Notes: a model not told the origin generated them from the letters alone. 64,000 nucleotides of DNA from an uncultured Methylomirabilota bacterium (GCA_963705305.1 OY970067.1:2976001-3040000), one strand, 5' to 3'; counted from the stretch's first letter, positions 31,083-41,069 are shown. Made by a program: numbers and translations.

Positions 31083-32489
31083 CTAAGGGGTGGGAACATG
31101 CTGGCGGGATTCGATACCGAGACGTTGGAGCTTCCAGAGCAGGGTGTTTCGATGCAAGCCGAGGACGCGGGCGGCCTCGCTTTGGTTCCACTGAACCTTC
31201 TCCAGGATGCTGAGGATGTATTGCCGCTCGAAGTGATTCCTGGCCTCGCGCAGGCTGAGCCCATTCTTCTGGGTCCGCTCGATCACGTCGTGGCCCAGAA
31301 TGGAGAGGTCCAGGGGGAGCTCTCGCAGAGAGATGGTCTCGCTCTGCGCCAGGGCCACCGCCCGCTCGATGACATTCTCCAGCTCGCGGACGTTGCCGGG
31401 CCAGTCGTATTGGTAGAGGGCCGCCGTGGCCCCGGCGGAAAAACCCCGGACGTGGCGATTGAATTCCCGGTTGTATTTGGCGATGAAGTGCTCGACCAGG
31501 AGCGGGATGTCGTCCCGGCGATGGCGCAGCGGGGGCAGGGTGATGGGGATGACATTCAACCGGTAGTACAGATCCTCCCGGAAGCTCCCCTCCTCCACGG
31601 CCTTCTTCAGGTCCCGGTTGGTGGCGGCGATGACCCGGACGTCGATCTTGATGGTCCGGGTCCCCCCCACCCGCTCGATCTCCCGCTCCTGGAGGGCGCG
31701 GAGGATCTTCGCCTGGAGGTCCAGGCGCATGGAGCCCACCTCGTCCAGGAACAGGCTCCCCCCGGTGGCGAGCTCGAACTTCCCCACCTTGGTGGCGATG
31801 GCCCCGGTGAAGGCCCCCTTCTCATGGCCGAACAGCTCCGACTCCAGGAGCTCGGAGGGGATGGCGGCGCAGTTGACGGCGACGAACAGCCGCTGGGCGC
31901 GGTGGCTCTGCTGGTGGATGGCGCGCGCCAGCACCTCTTTGCCGGTGCCGCTCTCGCCGCTGAGCAGGATCGTGGCGTTGTTGTCGGCGATACGGGAGAT
32001 GAGCGCGTAGATCTCCTGCATGCGGGAGTTGCGTCCCACCAGATTCTCAAAGCGGCGTTCCCGCGCCACTTCGGATCGGAGGTACAGCACCTCCTTCACC
32101 AGCTCCTGTTTCTCGACCACTCGCTTGATGAGGGCCAGGATCTCGTGGACATCGAACGGCTTCGTGATGTAATCGGTGGCGCCCAGCTTGATGGCCTCGA
32201 CCGCCGTCTTGAGGGATTTGACCGCCGTCACCACGACGACATCGGTCTGGTCGCTGAGCTCTCGGATCCGGCGGAGCACTTCGATGCCGTCCATGCCGGG
32301 CATGCGGATGTCGAGCAGAACCAGATTGACGTCCTGCGTGCTCAAGATGCGAAGGGCCTCCGGGCCGCTCGCGGCGAAAAGGAGCTCGTAGTCCTTGGAG
32401 AGCACGGCCTCGAAGGATTCCCGGACACCGATGTCGTCGTCCACCACCAGGACGCTTGGGCAAACGGATTGTGCCTCGCCGTTTGACAT
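31083..32489 (-). CDS. sigma54-dependent response regulator (NtrC/AtoC family)
   Basis: REC domain (VVDDD, LLDIRMP), GESGTGKE, ESELFGHEKGAFTGA, WPGNVREL, Fis-type HTH. Confidence 0.96.
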   Translation of the reverse strand: MSNGEAQSVCPSVLVVDDDIGVRESFEAVLSKDYELLFAASGPEALRILSTQDVNLVLLDIRMPGMDGIEVLRRIRELSDQTDVVVVTAVKSLKTAVEAIKLGATDYITKPFDVHEILALIKRVVEKQELVKEVLYLRSEVARERRFENLVGRNSRMQEIYALISRIADNNATILLSGESGTGKEVLARAIHQQSHRAQRLFVAVNCAAIPSELLESELFGHEKGAFTGAIATKVGKFELATGGSLFLDEVGSMRLDLQAKILRALQEREIERVGGTRTIKIDVRVIAATNRDLKKAVEEGSFREDLYYRLNVIPITLPPLRHRRDDIPLLVEHFIAKYNREFNRHVRGFSAGATAALYQYDWPGNVRELENVIERAVALAQSETISLRELPLDLSILGHDVIERTQKNGLSLREARNHFERQYILSILEKVQWNQSEAARVLGLHRNTLLWKLQRLGIESRQHVPTP

Positions 32490-32688
32490 GCCGTCTTCCT
32501 CCGCGGATCCCCCCTGGCCGGTGTCGGGGCCGCGACGATCCACCCGGAAGATAGGCCGTCTGACCTCCCCGGGATTAGGGCCTACGTAGCCCAAACGGCA
32601 GGGGTTGTCAAGCCTAAAGCCCTCGCCCGGCGCGCCTTGACAAGGGGTGCATAGTGTGCGACGGTCGGCTCGTCTCGCGGAAGGCGGT

Positions 32689-34521
32689 ATGGACGTCCAG
32701 GAAAAAATCCGTAGTCTGCCCGATGCGCCCGGTGTGTACCTGTTCAAGGACAGCCGGGGTGCACTCCTGTACATCGGCAAGGCCGTCTCCCTGCGGAAGC
32801 GGGTCCAGTCTTACTTCAGCGATCGCGATTTCGGCTATGATGCGGGGCGGCTGCAGGCCATGGTCGCCCAGGTCGCCGAGCTGGAATACCTGCTCACCGC
32901 CAACGAGTTGGAAGCGCTGATCCTCGAGAGCAATCTCATCAAGGAGCGGCGCCCACGCTACAACATCGTCCTGCGCGACGACAAGCACTACCCCTTCATT
33001 CGCCTCAACCCAAAGGACCCGTTTCCTGCCCTCCAGGTGGTCCGGCGGATCAAGAGCGATGGAGCGCTCTACTTCGGCCCGTACGTGCCGGCGGGGGTCA
33101 TGTGGGACCTCTTGGCGCTCATCCATCGCACGTTTCCGCTGCGGACCTGCCGAAGCATCGCTGGCCGCACCCGGTGTCTGGAGTACCACCTGGGCCGGTG
33201 CCTGGCCCCCTGCGAAGGGCTGATCAACCGGGAGGAGTACGCCGAGATCGTCCAGAAGGTGCGGCTGGTCCTGGAGGGCAAAGACGGCGAAGTGGTCCGT
33301 CAGCTCCAGCAGCAGATGCACGAGGCGGCCGAGCGGCTGGAATACGAGCGGGCGGCCGGGATCCGGGACCAGATCGCGTCGCTGGAGCAGGCGGGGGAAG
33401 GGCAGCGCGCGATCTCTCCGCGCGGCGAGGATCAGGACGTCTTCGGAGTGGTCCAGGAAGGAGACGAAGTCCAGATTCAGCTGCTGGTGGTGCGGAGCGG
33501 GAAACTCATCGGGCGCGATAGCTTTGCCTTCGAGGGGGTGCCGGCCGAAGGCTCTTCCGGCGTCCTGGGGTCCCTGGTGGCCCAGTACTACCTGGGCGCC
33601 CGCGCCATTCCCAAGACGCTCTTGACCTCCACGCTCCCCGCAGAGAAGGAGCTTCTGGCGGCCATGCTGTCAGAGCGGGCCGGCCACCCGGTGGGGATCC
33701 GGGTGCCCGAGCGGGGACCCAAAGCCCACCTGGTGGAGATGGCGGTGGGCAACGCCCGCGCGATCATGACGCAGAACCTGGCGTCCACGGGCGCGCGGGA
33801 GCGGGCCATGGCCGAGGTTCGGGAAGCGCTCAATCTGCCGCGACTTCCCCGGCGGATCGAGTGCGCCGACATTTCGAACATCTCGGGGGTGCTGGCGGTC
33901 GGCTCTCTCGTCACGTTTGTGAACGGGCAGCCCCGCCGCGGGGACTACAAGCGGTTCCGGATCGGGACCGTCGAGGGGGCGGATGACTACGCCATGCTGC
34001 GAGAAGTTCTGCGCCGCCGCTTCGACCGATCGGATTGGGTGCTCCCCGATCTCCTTGTGCTCGACGGGGGGCGGGGACAGCTGAACGTGGGGGTCCTGGC
34101 GGCCAGGGAGGCGGGCATCCCGGATCTCCCGTTGGCCGGTCTGGCCAAGGAAGAGGAGCTCGTCTTCCGCCCCGGCCGGCCAGATCCCATCCGGCTGCCA
34201 GACGGATCGCGAGGTAAGCACCTGCTGCAACAGGTGCGGGACGAGGCCCACCGATTCGGTCTGGCCTACCACCGTGTGCTGCGGGGTAAGACCGGCCTGC
34301 GATCGGTTCTGGACGAGGTCCCGGGAATCGGCCCCCGGCGAAAGCGACTGCTGCTGCAGCGATTTGGAAGTCTCAAACGACTGCAGGCGGCCACCGCCGA
34401 AGAGCTGCAGAGAATCGGCGGTCTCCCGCCGCGGGTGGCCGAGGCCGCCCGGCGCATGCTCGCCTCCGTTCGGCCGGGAGGGAGTCGGGCCGAGGAGAAT
34501 CCCGGCGCTCCGTCCCGGTGA
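32689..34521 (+). CDS. uvrC: Excinuclease ABC subunit C
   Basis: GIY-YIG (PGVYLF..LYIGKA), DGGRGQL, RDEAHRF, HhH. Confidence 0.96.
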   Translation: MDVQEKIRSLPDAPGVYLFKDSRGALLYIGKAVSLRKRVQSYFSDRDFGYDAGRLQAMVAQVAELEYLLTANELEALILESNLIKERRPRYNIVLRDDKHYPFIRLNPKDPFPALQVVRRIKSDGALYFGPYVPAGVMWDLLALIHRTFPLRTCRSIAGRTRCLEYHLGRCLAPCEGLINREEYAEIVQKVRLVLEGKDGEVVRQLQQQMHEAAERLEYERAAGIRDQIASLEQAGEGQRAISPRGEDQDVFGVVQEGDEVQIQLLVVRSGKLIGRDSFAFEGVPAEGSSGVLGSLVAQYYLGARAIPKTLLTSTLPAEKELLAAMLSERAGHPVGIRVPERGPKAHLVEMAVGNARAIMTQNLASTGARERAMAEVREALNLPRLPRRIECADISNISGVLAVGSLVTFVNGQPRRGDYKRFRIGTVEGADDYAMLREVLRRRFDRSDWVLPDLLVLDGGRGQLNVGVLAAREAGIPDLPLAGLAKEEELVFRPGRPDPIRLPDGSRGKHLLQQVRDEAHRFGLAYHRVLRGKTGLRSVLDEVPGIGPRRKRLLLQRFGSLKRLQAATAEELQRIGGLPPRVAEAARRMLASVRPGGSRAEENPGAPSR

Positions 34522-34799
34522 GTGATTGTCCGCGGCGCGATCAATAACCTACGCCGGAGCGCTGCAGACCCAGACCAGCGGCCTGCACGGCTTTCGGATT
34601 CGCCTCTTGCCCGCGCACCCGGACTTGAGCGACCCGCTGCGCCTGAACTGCATCGCCTGGGGATGAAGACGAGGCATGGACCGGGGACGCGGCCCCGGGC
34701 GCGCAGGCCCGCAGGGGCCCCAAAAAGTGTTGGACCGGACGGTGGAGCTATGGTATCTATTTTCCTCGTTGCACGGGGGGATCCTCAGCGTGAGGGTGG

Positions 34800-34876
34800 G
34801 GGCGCTTAGCTCAGATGGTTAGAGCGCCGTCTTCACACGGCGGAGGTCACTGGTTCGATCCCAGTAGCGCCCACCA
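34800..34876 (+). tRNA. tRNA-Val(CAC)
   Basis: GGGCGCT/AGCGCCC acceptor stem, D-arm, anticodon arm CCGTC-TTCACAC-GGCGG, GGTTCGATCCC T-arm, encoded CCA. Confidence 0.95.
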
Positions 34877-34881
34877 ACAAA

Positions 34882-34922
34882 AACGAGGGGTTAGCGAAAC
34901 AGGCTGACCCCTTGTTCTGTTT
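34882..34922 (+). terminator. Hairpin/terminator after the tRNA
   Basis: AACGAGGGGTTAGC-loop-GCTGACCCCTTGTT followed by a T-rich tail. Confidence 0.6.
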
Positions 34923-35598
34923 CCGCTGACAATTCGCTGACACTTTTCTCGCCGATCCCCGCCCTCCGGTATCGCGGAAGTACCGTCCACCTAAAGAGAT
35001 GTGGGGGCGCCCTCCCTTACAAACAAGGGGTCGCTGGGGCCACATAGGAACCCCCCGAATCCTCGCCTCTACTGAAGTCCTGTCGCAGAATTTAGCGGAA
35101 ATAGGCGGACTGCCACCATAACTGCCGGACGGACCCCGCAGGCTTCCGCAACTACGCTGGATCTTCGACTTCCCCCAGGATGCTCTAGCGGTTGACAACC
35201 GTTAGGGCGATGCATCTTCCGCTGGTAGGTGCATTGGCCAGGGGTGCATGTCCCTTTTGGTGACGCTCCCCCGGCCCCAATCCTCATGGGGCAAGCCCCG
35301 GGGGAGGTGGTGAATCCTGGACCCCCTTGAAAACGTAGCCCTGCGAAGCTCTACTCAACTCGAGTCCCCGAATCTCCACCTTCCAAGGGCCATCGAATCC
35401 CGCGGGGAAAAGCGCACCCCTTCATCCGGCGACTGGGGTGGAGAGCCCGGTCTAGCAAGCGAGAGGTGGTGAGCCGCTCTTCCGTTCCGTCTTGCGACGG
35501 CGCGGTCAACCAGATACACTGGGAATCAGCGGGGCGTCGCAGGCACGTGAAGGGACGGGTGACGGGGGCGGGCCCCCTGGAAATGGAGCGGATCGCGT

Positions 35599-36510
35599 AT
35601 GGCGCGTATGGCAAGGATGATCGCGAACGTCCTGGGCGTGGTGCTTTTGGGCGCCGTGGCGGTGGCCAGCGCGGCTGAGCTTCCGCCCCTGAGCCAGACG
35701 ACCCCCACGGGGGAGCACTTCCCCGGAAAGTTCATCTGGGCCGACTTGTTCACCACCGATCCGGCGGCGGCGCAGGCGTTTTACACGGGCCTCTTCGGAT
35801 GGGAGGCAACGACGATCGAGCGCACGACCCCGTCGGGCACGCATTCGTACATCGTGCTGGCGAACGGCGGCGAGCCCGTCGCCGGCCTGGCTCGTCTGCC
35901 GGTGCGCTCGCAGGACGCGGTCCGCGGCCGCTGGGTGGGCTATGTGTCTGTGCCCGACGTGGCCAAGGCGCTGGCGGCAGCCACGGCCGCGGGCGGACGC
36001 GTGCTGTTCCCCGCGAAGGAGCTGCCGCGGCGCGGAACACAAGCGATTTTTGTCGATCCCGAAGGGGCGGAACTCGGCCTGCTCCACTCCAGTGCGGGCA
36101 ATCCGGGTGAATACACCCCGGACCCCGGCGACTGGACCTGGGCCCAGCTGTTCGCGCGTGACCCCGCCGCTGAAGGCCGGTTTTATGCCGCCGTCGCCGG
36201 CTGGGAGGTCGTGCCCGACACCCGCGGCGATCGTCGAGATGTCTTCGTCCTCGCCAGCGGAGGGTACTCGCGGGCCAGCGTGGCCCCGCTGCCCCCGCGA
36301 CCGAAGGCCACGCCCGGCTGGCTGCTCTTCGTCCGGGTAGACGATGTGAAGGCGGCCGCGGCCAAGGCGAAGAGCCTCGGCGGCCGTGTTCTCGTCCCCC
36401 CGCGCGACGCGCCGACCGAGTACTGGCGCGCAGTGATCGCCGACCCCACGGGGGGCGTCATCGGCCTCGTGCAATTGCCGGAGCCGGGGCAGACCAGGGA
36501 GCAGCCATGA
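35599..36510 (+). CDS. Exported VOC/glyoxalase-like protein (tandem domains)
   Basis: PGKFIWADLFTTDPAAAQAFYTGLFGW, WVGYVSVPDV, DPEGA/DPTGG; signal peptide. Start may be a few codons later. Confidence 0.85.
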   Translation: MARMARMIANVLGVVLLGAVAVASAAELPPLSQTTPTGEHFPGKFIWADLFTTDPAAAQAFYTGLFGWEATTIERTTPSGTHSYIVLANGGEPVAGLARLPVRSQDAVRGRWVGYVSVPDVAKALAAATAAGGRVLFPAKELPRRGTQAIFVDPEGAELGLLHSSAGNPGEYTPDPGDWTWAQLFARDPAAEGRFYAAVAGWEVVPDTRGDRRDVFVLASGGYSRASVAPLPPRPKATPGWLLFVRVDDVKAAAAKAKSLGGRVLVPPRDAPTEYWRAVIADPTGGVIGLVQLPEPGQTREQP

Positions 36511-36839
36511 CGCCCGCCGCCAAACGCGTTCTCGCCGGGCTCGTCCTCCCGGCGCTCGCGGTCGCTTGGGGCGGCTGCGTGGGCTTCGCGGTGCCGGGAT
36601 ACGGCCTGACCCCGGTCTATGGCGGCTACGGCTACGTCGGGCCGTGGGAGGGCCCGCCGGTCGTTGTCGAGGGCGGGTACCTTGCGCCCCCACCGTATGC
36701 GCGCCCGGACCGGGGCCGCCGGGAAAACGTCGCCCCGGAGCGCCGGGCCCCGGGGCCCCGGCCGGCAGGGGGCCCGATTCCATCGATCCCGAACCATCCT
36801 CGTCCGGCACGCCAGGGTGGCGGCGGAACCCACCGATAA
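36507..36839 (+). CDS. Small Pro/Gly-rich putative lipoprotein
   Basis: ATGA overlap with the VOC gene; hydrophobic N-terminus ending WGGC. Confidence 0.55.
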   Translation: MTPAAKRVLAGLVLPALAVAWGGCVGFAVPGYGLTPVYGGYGYVGPWEGPPVVVEGGYLAPPPYARPDRGRRENVAPERRAPGPRPAGGPIPSIPNHPRPARQGGGGTHR

Positions 36840-37102
36840 GCGCCGGCGCGTCCCCTTCAAGGAATCTCGCAACCCTCGAGCAAGACTGCGCCGGGCGTGC
36901 CGCTGCCGATCGACACGGCCCCGGGGAGACGAGCGCAGACCGGATCCTTCGGGGAGTGCCGACCGGCCTGAACGGAGATGGCGGCCCGCGCGGAATCGAA
37001 GCGGTCTCCTCTCCCGAGGGAGTTGGACACCGGTCCTCGCCGTGGGCAAACCTTCTCTCGCAGGGAAGCGGGAGGCGTCCGGAAAAAAGGGGTGGAGACC
37101 GA

Positions 37103-38323
37103 ATGAAGGCCTGCCAGACAGAGACCGCAGCTTCTGACACATCTCCCAGGGCCGGGTTGGGGCGCAATGTGCTCGCCTTGGGGTGGGTGGCGTTTTTCGG
37201 CGGCCTCGCCCAAGACATGATCCTGCCCGTGCTGCCGGTGTTCTACACGAGCGTGCTGGGCTTGCGCACGGAATTCATCGGGATGATCGAGGGCGCAGTG
37301 ACGACGGTCGTCAGCCTCGCCCGGATCGGGGCGGGCTATCTCTCCGACGCGCTGGGACGGCGCAAGGCGATTGTTTTCCTCGGGTACGGGCTCTCAGCCC
37401 TGGGGCGCGTCGGTCTCGGGGTCGCGGGGTCGGGGGGAGCGGTCTTGGGACTCCGCCTGAGCGACGGCCTGGGCAAGGGCTTGAAGGACGCCCCGCGCGA
37501 CGCGCTGGTGGCCGGGTCGGCCGGCGACCGGACCCTGGGGTTCGCCTTCGGGGTGCAGCGGACCCTCGACACCCTCGGCTCGGTGATCGGCCCGCTCCTC
37601 GCCTTCGTCTTTCTGAAGGTCTGGATGGACCAGCCAGCCCCCACCTATCACGCGCTGTTTCTGCTGGCGGGAGTCGTGGCCGCGATTCCCCTGGGGATCA
37701 TCGGCGGGTTCGTCCGCGAGCGGCGCACGGCGGTCACGAAGCAGCCGCTCTCCTTGCGCGTGCTCCGGGGACCCTTTGCCAGATTCTTGGCGGTCGTGCT
37801 GTTGTTCACGCTCGGGAACTCCTCGGACGCGTTTCTCATCCTGCGCGCCCAACGGGTGGGCGTGCCGGTCGCGCTCATCCCTATCGTGTACGCCGTGTTC
37901 AACCTGGTCTCGGCCCTCGCGGCCATCCCGGCGGGACGGCTCGCCGACCGCGTCGGCCGGCGGCGGGTCATCGGGTATGGCTGGGCCGTGTACGCGCTGG
38001 CCTACCTGGGATTTGCGCTGGCGACCGCCCCGTGGATGATCTGGGGGCTCTATGCGTTCTATGGGCTCTTCTACGCGCTGACGGAAGGCTCGGCCAAGGC
38101 GTTAGTGGCCGAGTTGGTTCCGGATGCCAGTCGGGGGGCGGCCTACGGCCTGTACAGTGCCGCGACTGGCATCATGGCACTCCCGGCCAGTGTGGTCGCG
38201 GGGGTCCTGTGGGATCACATCTCGCCCGCGGCCCCCTTTGCCTTCGGTGCCGCCCTGGCCGCGGCCGCGGCGGTCGGGCTGAAGCTCGTGCCACACGTGG
38301 CGTTGGGCGAGAGTCACAGCTAG
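37103..38323 (+). CDS. MFS transporter
   Basis: Motif A GYLSDALGRRK and GRLADRVGRRR; multiple TM segments. Confidence 0.92.
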   Translation: MKACQTETAASDTSPRAGLGRNVLALGWVAFFGGLAQDMILPVLPVFYTSVLGLRTEFIGMIEGAVTTVVSLARIGAGYLSDALGRRKAIVFLGYGLSALGRVGLGVAGSGGAVLGLRLSDGLGKGLKDAPRDALVAGSAGDRTLGFAFGVQRTLDTLGSVIGPLLAFVFLKVWMDQPAPTYHALFLLAGVVAAIPLGIIGGFVRERRTAVTKQPLSLRVLRGPFARFLAVVLLFTLGNSSDAFLILRAQRVGVPVALIPIVYAVFNLVSALAAIPAGRLADRVGRRRVIGYGWAVYALAYLGFALATAPWMIWGLYAFYGLFYALTEGSAKALVAELVPDASRGAAYGLYSAATGIMALPASVVAGVLWDHISPAAPFAFGAALAAAAAVGLKLVPHVALGESHS

Positions 38324-38676
38324 CGCTCACCGAAAAGGAGATAGGCCCGAAAGCCAAGATCAGGGCCACGGTGGTCTGCAAAACACTCTGGCTGCCCGGC
38401 CATTCGAGCGGAGAATGTGACCGTAACTCCTCATCAACCAGCGATACGCCTTCCGGCCGTCGGAGCAAGTCATGCCAGCCAGAACCACGCGCCCAACGTT
38501 GGTGTCGATCCCCCGGCACCATTCGAGTCCAACAATAGAGACGAGCAGGATCCGAGGGCTGAAGTAGCCCGCCCCACCTCAAGGTCAATTCCCGCCGCCT
38601 ACCCCTCGGAGATCGAATCCACCGTTCCATTCTGGGACCGCCCCCTGAGACAGAACCCTCGTGTTCAAGTCCCGCC

Positions 38677-38770
38677 TGGCTCCCCGGGTAGGACTCGAAT
38701 CCGCCTGCGGCGGATTTCGGCTGGTGCCTCAACCCAACCTAGCGGTTAATCCGCCGACGGCGGACTCGCT
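38677..38770 (-). pseudogene. tRNA-Asn-like 3' fragment interrupted by hairpin insertions (att remnant)
   Basis: Minus strand ...TTAACCGCTAGGTTG-[insert]-TTCGAGTCCTACCCGGGGAGCCA. Confidence 0.6.
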
Positions 38771-38880
38771 CCATGTTTAGCAACCTGTAGAATAAGGTAG
38801 TTACAACATTCGAGAAGGTCGGTGGCGGTTTCAGTGGCGGTTCATTTTTCCCTGAGCGAGCCATTTCGGTTTATCGGGAA

Positions 38881-39606
38881 TCACAGGATGAACACCGGCT
38901 CCACCCCATGCCACAGGCACAGCCGAATCAGCTTCCCCATCCCCCGGGGGTGCGCCGGGCTCCCGTAGAAGCAGAGCTCGTTGTCCACCTGTTCGAACTT
39001 CGGGATCCCCAACCGGCGCCAGAGCGCCCAAAGCCCGGGGACCACGTCCGCCTTGCCCGCCACCACGGGCTGCACCCCGCACCGCTTGGTGGTCACATCC
39101 AAGCGATGGAGACTGTGGAACCGCAGCCCCCCGCGCAGGTAGCACGGGCCCACGAAGTCGCTCTGGTGCACATCGTTCGGACGGACCGCGGCGAGCCGCG
39201 GGTAGGCCACCCCCTTCGGGGCGTAGTGGCCGGTGCGGCGATGCGCCAGCTCGTGCCGCACCAGGATGCGGCCGATCGTCCGTACCGACGGCAGCGGCTG
39301 GACCGCCAGATCCGTGAGGCGCCAGCGAATGGCTTGGGCGCCACAGAACTGGGCCGGGTTGTACAGCTCCAGCCGGACGAGCTGGACGATCTCCTCGATC
39401 TCGGCCGGGGGCCGGCCCGACTGGGTGTGCGGTCGCCGCGAGTCGTCCTGAAACCAGGTGGCCGTGTCGCGGGTGTGGCGCACCCACCACTTGTACAGCC
39501 AGCTCCGCGAGACCCGGTCCGACAGACAGATGACCGTGAAGGCTTCGCCCTGCAGCAACCGCTCGACCGCGCGCTTCCGCCGCTCTGCCCAGGTGGTCGT
39601 GTCCAT
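38881..39606 (-). pseudogene. Truncated IS481/IS3-like transposase
   Basis: HTH, HQSDFVGP, QVDNE; ends at VFIL before the expected catalytic Glu region. Confidence 0.75.
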
Positions 39607-39933
39607 GCGCCTTTCCTCCCATGTAGGAACAGAAGCGCATCCTGGACCTCACCGGCTCCGCAACGAAGCGTGCAGGATGCTCAGGTCGTTCACGATCTCC
39701 TGGCACCTTTTGGCGTTCACGATGTAGCGGCACTTGTCACCTTGGTGCTGTAAGACCGTATTGTGTTATGATCCCGCTGCCTCGTTCGGGGGTGTCCGTT
39801 GCGAAACGCCTCAGCGCTGGCTGACACGGCGCTGACAAAATCCCGTGGTGAAGAATGTCGGGAAGGGATACCGGCTCTTGCGTAAGTGATTGCAGTTGAA
39901 CCTTGGGTATTCGGCGTGATGGGGTGGAACCGC

Positions 39934-39979
39934 CTTCACGCGGCGGAGGTCACTGGTTCGATCCCAGTAGCGCCCACCA
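39934..39979 (+). repeat. att site: duplicated 3' end of tRNA-Val
   Basis: CTTCACGCGGCGGAGGTCACTGGTTCGATCCCAGTAGCGCCCACCA, 45/46 match to 34831-34876. Confidence 0.93.
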
Positions 39980-39991
39980 TGCAGCAGGCCA

Positions 39992-40020
39992 GGGGTTGGG
40001 GGTCTCCCCAGCCCCGTTTT
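39992..40020 (+). terminator. Terminator after att (probably the original tRNA terminator)
   Basis: GGGGTTGGGG-GTCT-CCCCAGCCCC-GTTTT. Confidence 0.65.
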
Positions 40021-40121
40021 ACTTTCACGGCTCCGGCCGCGAGCTCCGTCCTCCCCGCCCGACATCCGTCTCCGTTCCCTTCCGCTTCGCCGCGACCCGG
40101 ATTCTTGGTGACCCCTCCGCG

Positions 40122-41069
40122 CTACGGGGTGAGCCAGTCGAAGATCCGCTCCCGCGCCTCGCGGATGCCCAGGTGATCCACGAGGGGAGCGGTGGGGCCC
40201 CCCGTCAGGCCGCCCGCGATCACCGCGGCCCCCAGGGCCGCCTCGTAGCCGTCGCCCGATGCCAGGGTGAGTGCGCCGGGCAGGCGGCCCTCCAGGGCGC
40301 TGGACGCTTCGAATCGCCGATCGCCCGTGATGACGACCGCCGGAAGGCGGTGGCATCCGAGGAAGGCCAGCGCCTCCTTCTCCACAGCTTCCCAGTGGGC
40401 CCTGAGACCGCTGCCCGGGGCCAGCGCCTCGGCCTCGCCGCCGGTGCCGCGGCGCCACTTGGCCGCGGGCCCCAGGCTGGTGAGGAGCCGCTGGCGTCCT
40501 GCGGCAGCGGTCGCCCCCAAACCGCCGGCGGTTCCGCCGATGCCGTCCACGATGCGTCCGGCGCGGACAGCGAGGATGGTCCTGGCGTCGGCCGCGACGT
40601 GGAGCAGGAGGAAATCGGAACCAGCCGGGGCCTGGCCGGAATGCTGCAGCCAGTGGATGGTCCAGACCGCGGCGCACAGGGCCTCCGCCGCCCCGAGGTC
40701 CACCCGGCCGAGCTTACGGTGGAGGGGAATCGAGGGGAGCAGCTTCACAGAGGGAATGCAGAAGGCCCGCGGCGCCCGCCGCCGCGCCTCGTCCAGAAAC
40801 TCGGCCAGCGTCCGGCCGGGCTCTCCGCCGGACAGGATCGTCATCTCCGAGATGTCCTGGTCCAGAAGATCCCGGGCGCGCATCACCGGGACGCCGAACC
40901 CCGAGGGAAGCACCATCGGTGTGGCGGGGTTGGCCCCCAGCACGTCTTCGATGAGATCCCAGAGAGGAGCGACCTGGGCGTAGCTCCGCAAGTCGACGGC
41001 GCGGTCCTCGTCCCAGAGGGCCGCCCGCCATTCGCCGCTGTCCTGAAAATCGAGTCCGAGCGAGCGCAT
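40122..41069 (-). CDS. DUF1464-like protein
   Basis: LPSGFGVP, IPSVKLLPSIPLHRKLGRVDLG, AVRAGRIVDGIGGT recall DUF1464; recognised from memory, not searched. Confidence 0.6.
   Translation of the reverse strand: MRSLGLDFQDSGEWRAALWDEDRAVDLRSYAQVAPLWDLIEDVLGANPATPMVLPSGFGVPVMRARDLLDQDISEMTILSGGEPGRTLAEFLDEARRRAPRAFCIPSVKLLPSIPLHRKLGRVDLGAAEALCAAVWTIHWLQHSGQAPAGSDFLLLHVAADARTILAVRAGRIVDGIGGTAGGLGATAAAGRQRLLTSLGPAAKWRRGTGGEAEALAPGSGLRAHWEAVEKEALAFLGCHRLPAVVITGDRRFEASSALEGRLPGALTLASGDGYEAALGAAVIAGGLTGGPTAPLVDHLGIREARERIFDWLTP

Larger units (their letters stand above)
34877..39979. mobile_element. ~5.1-kb genomic islet integrated at tRNA-Val, no integrase seen
   Basis: tRNA 3' 46 nt (34831-34876) is repeated at 39934-39979 with one mismatch; paired GCTGACA repeats near both ends. 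Confidence 0.85.

Noticed and set aside
39934..39979. Second tRNA-Val gene
   Set aside because: The 5' half is missing; it is an att duplication.
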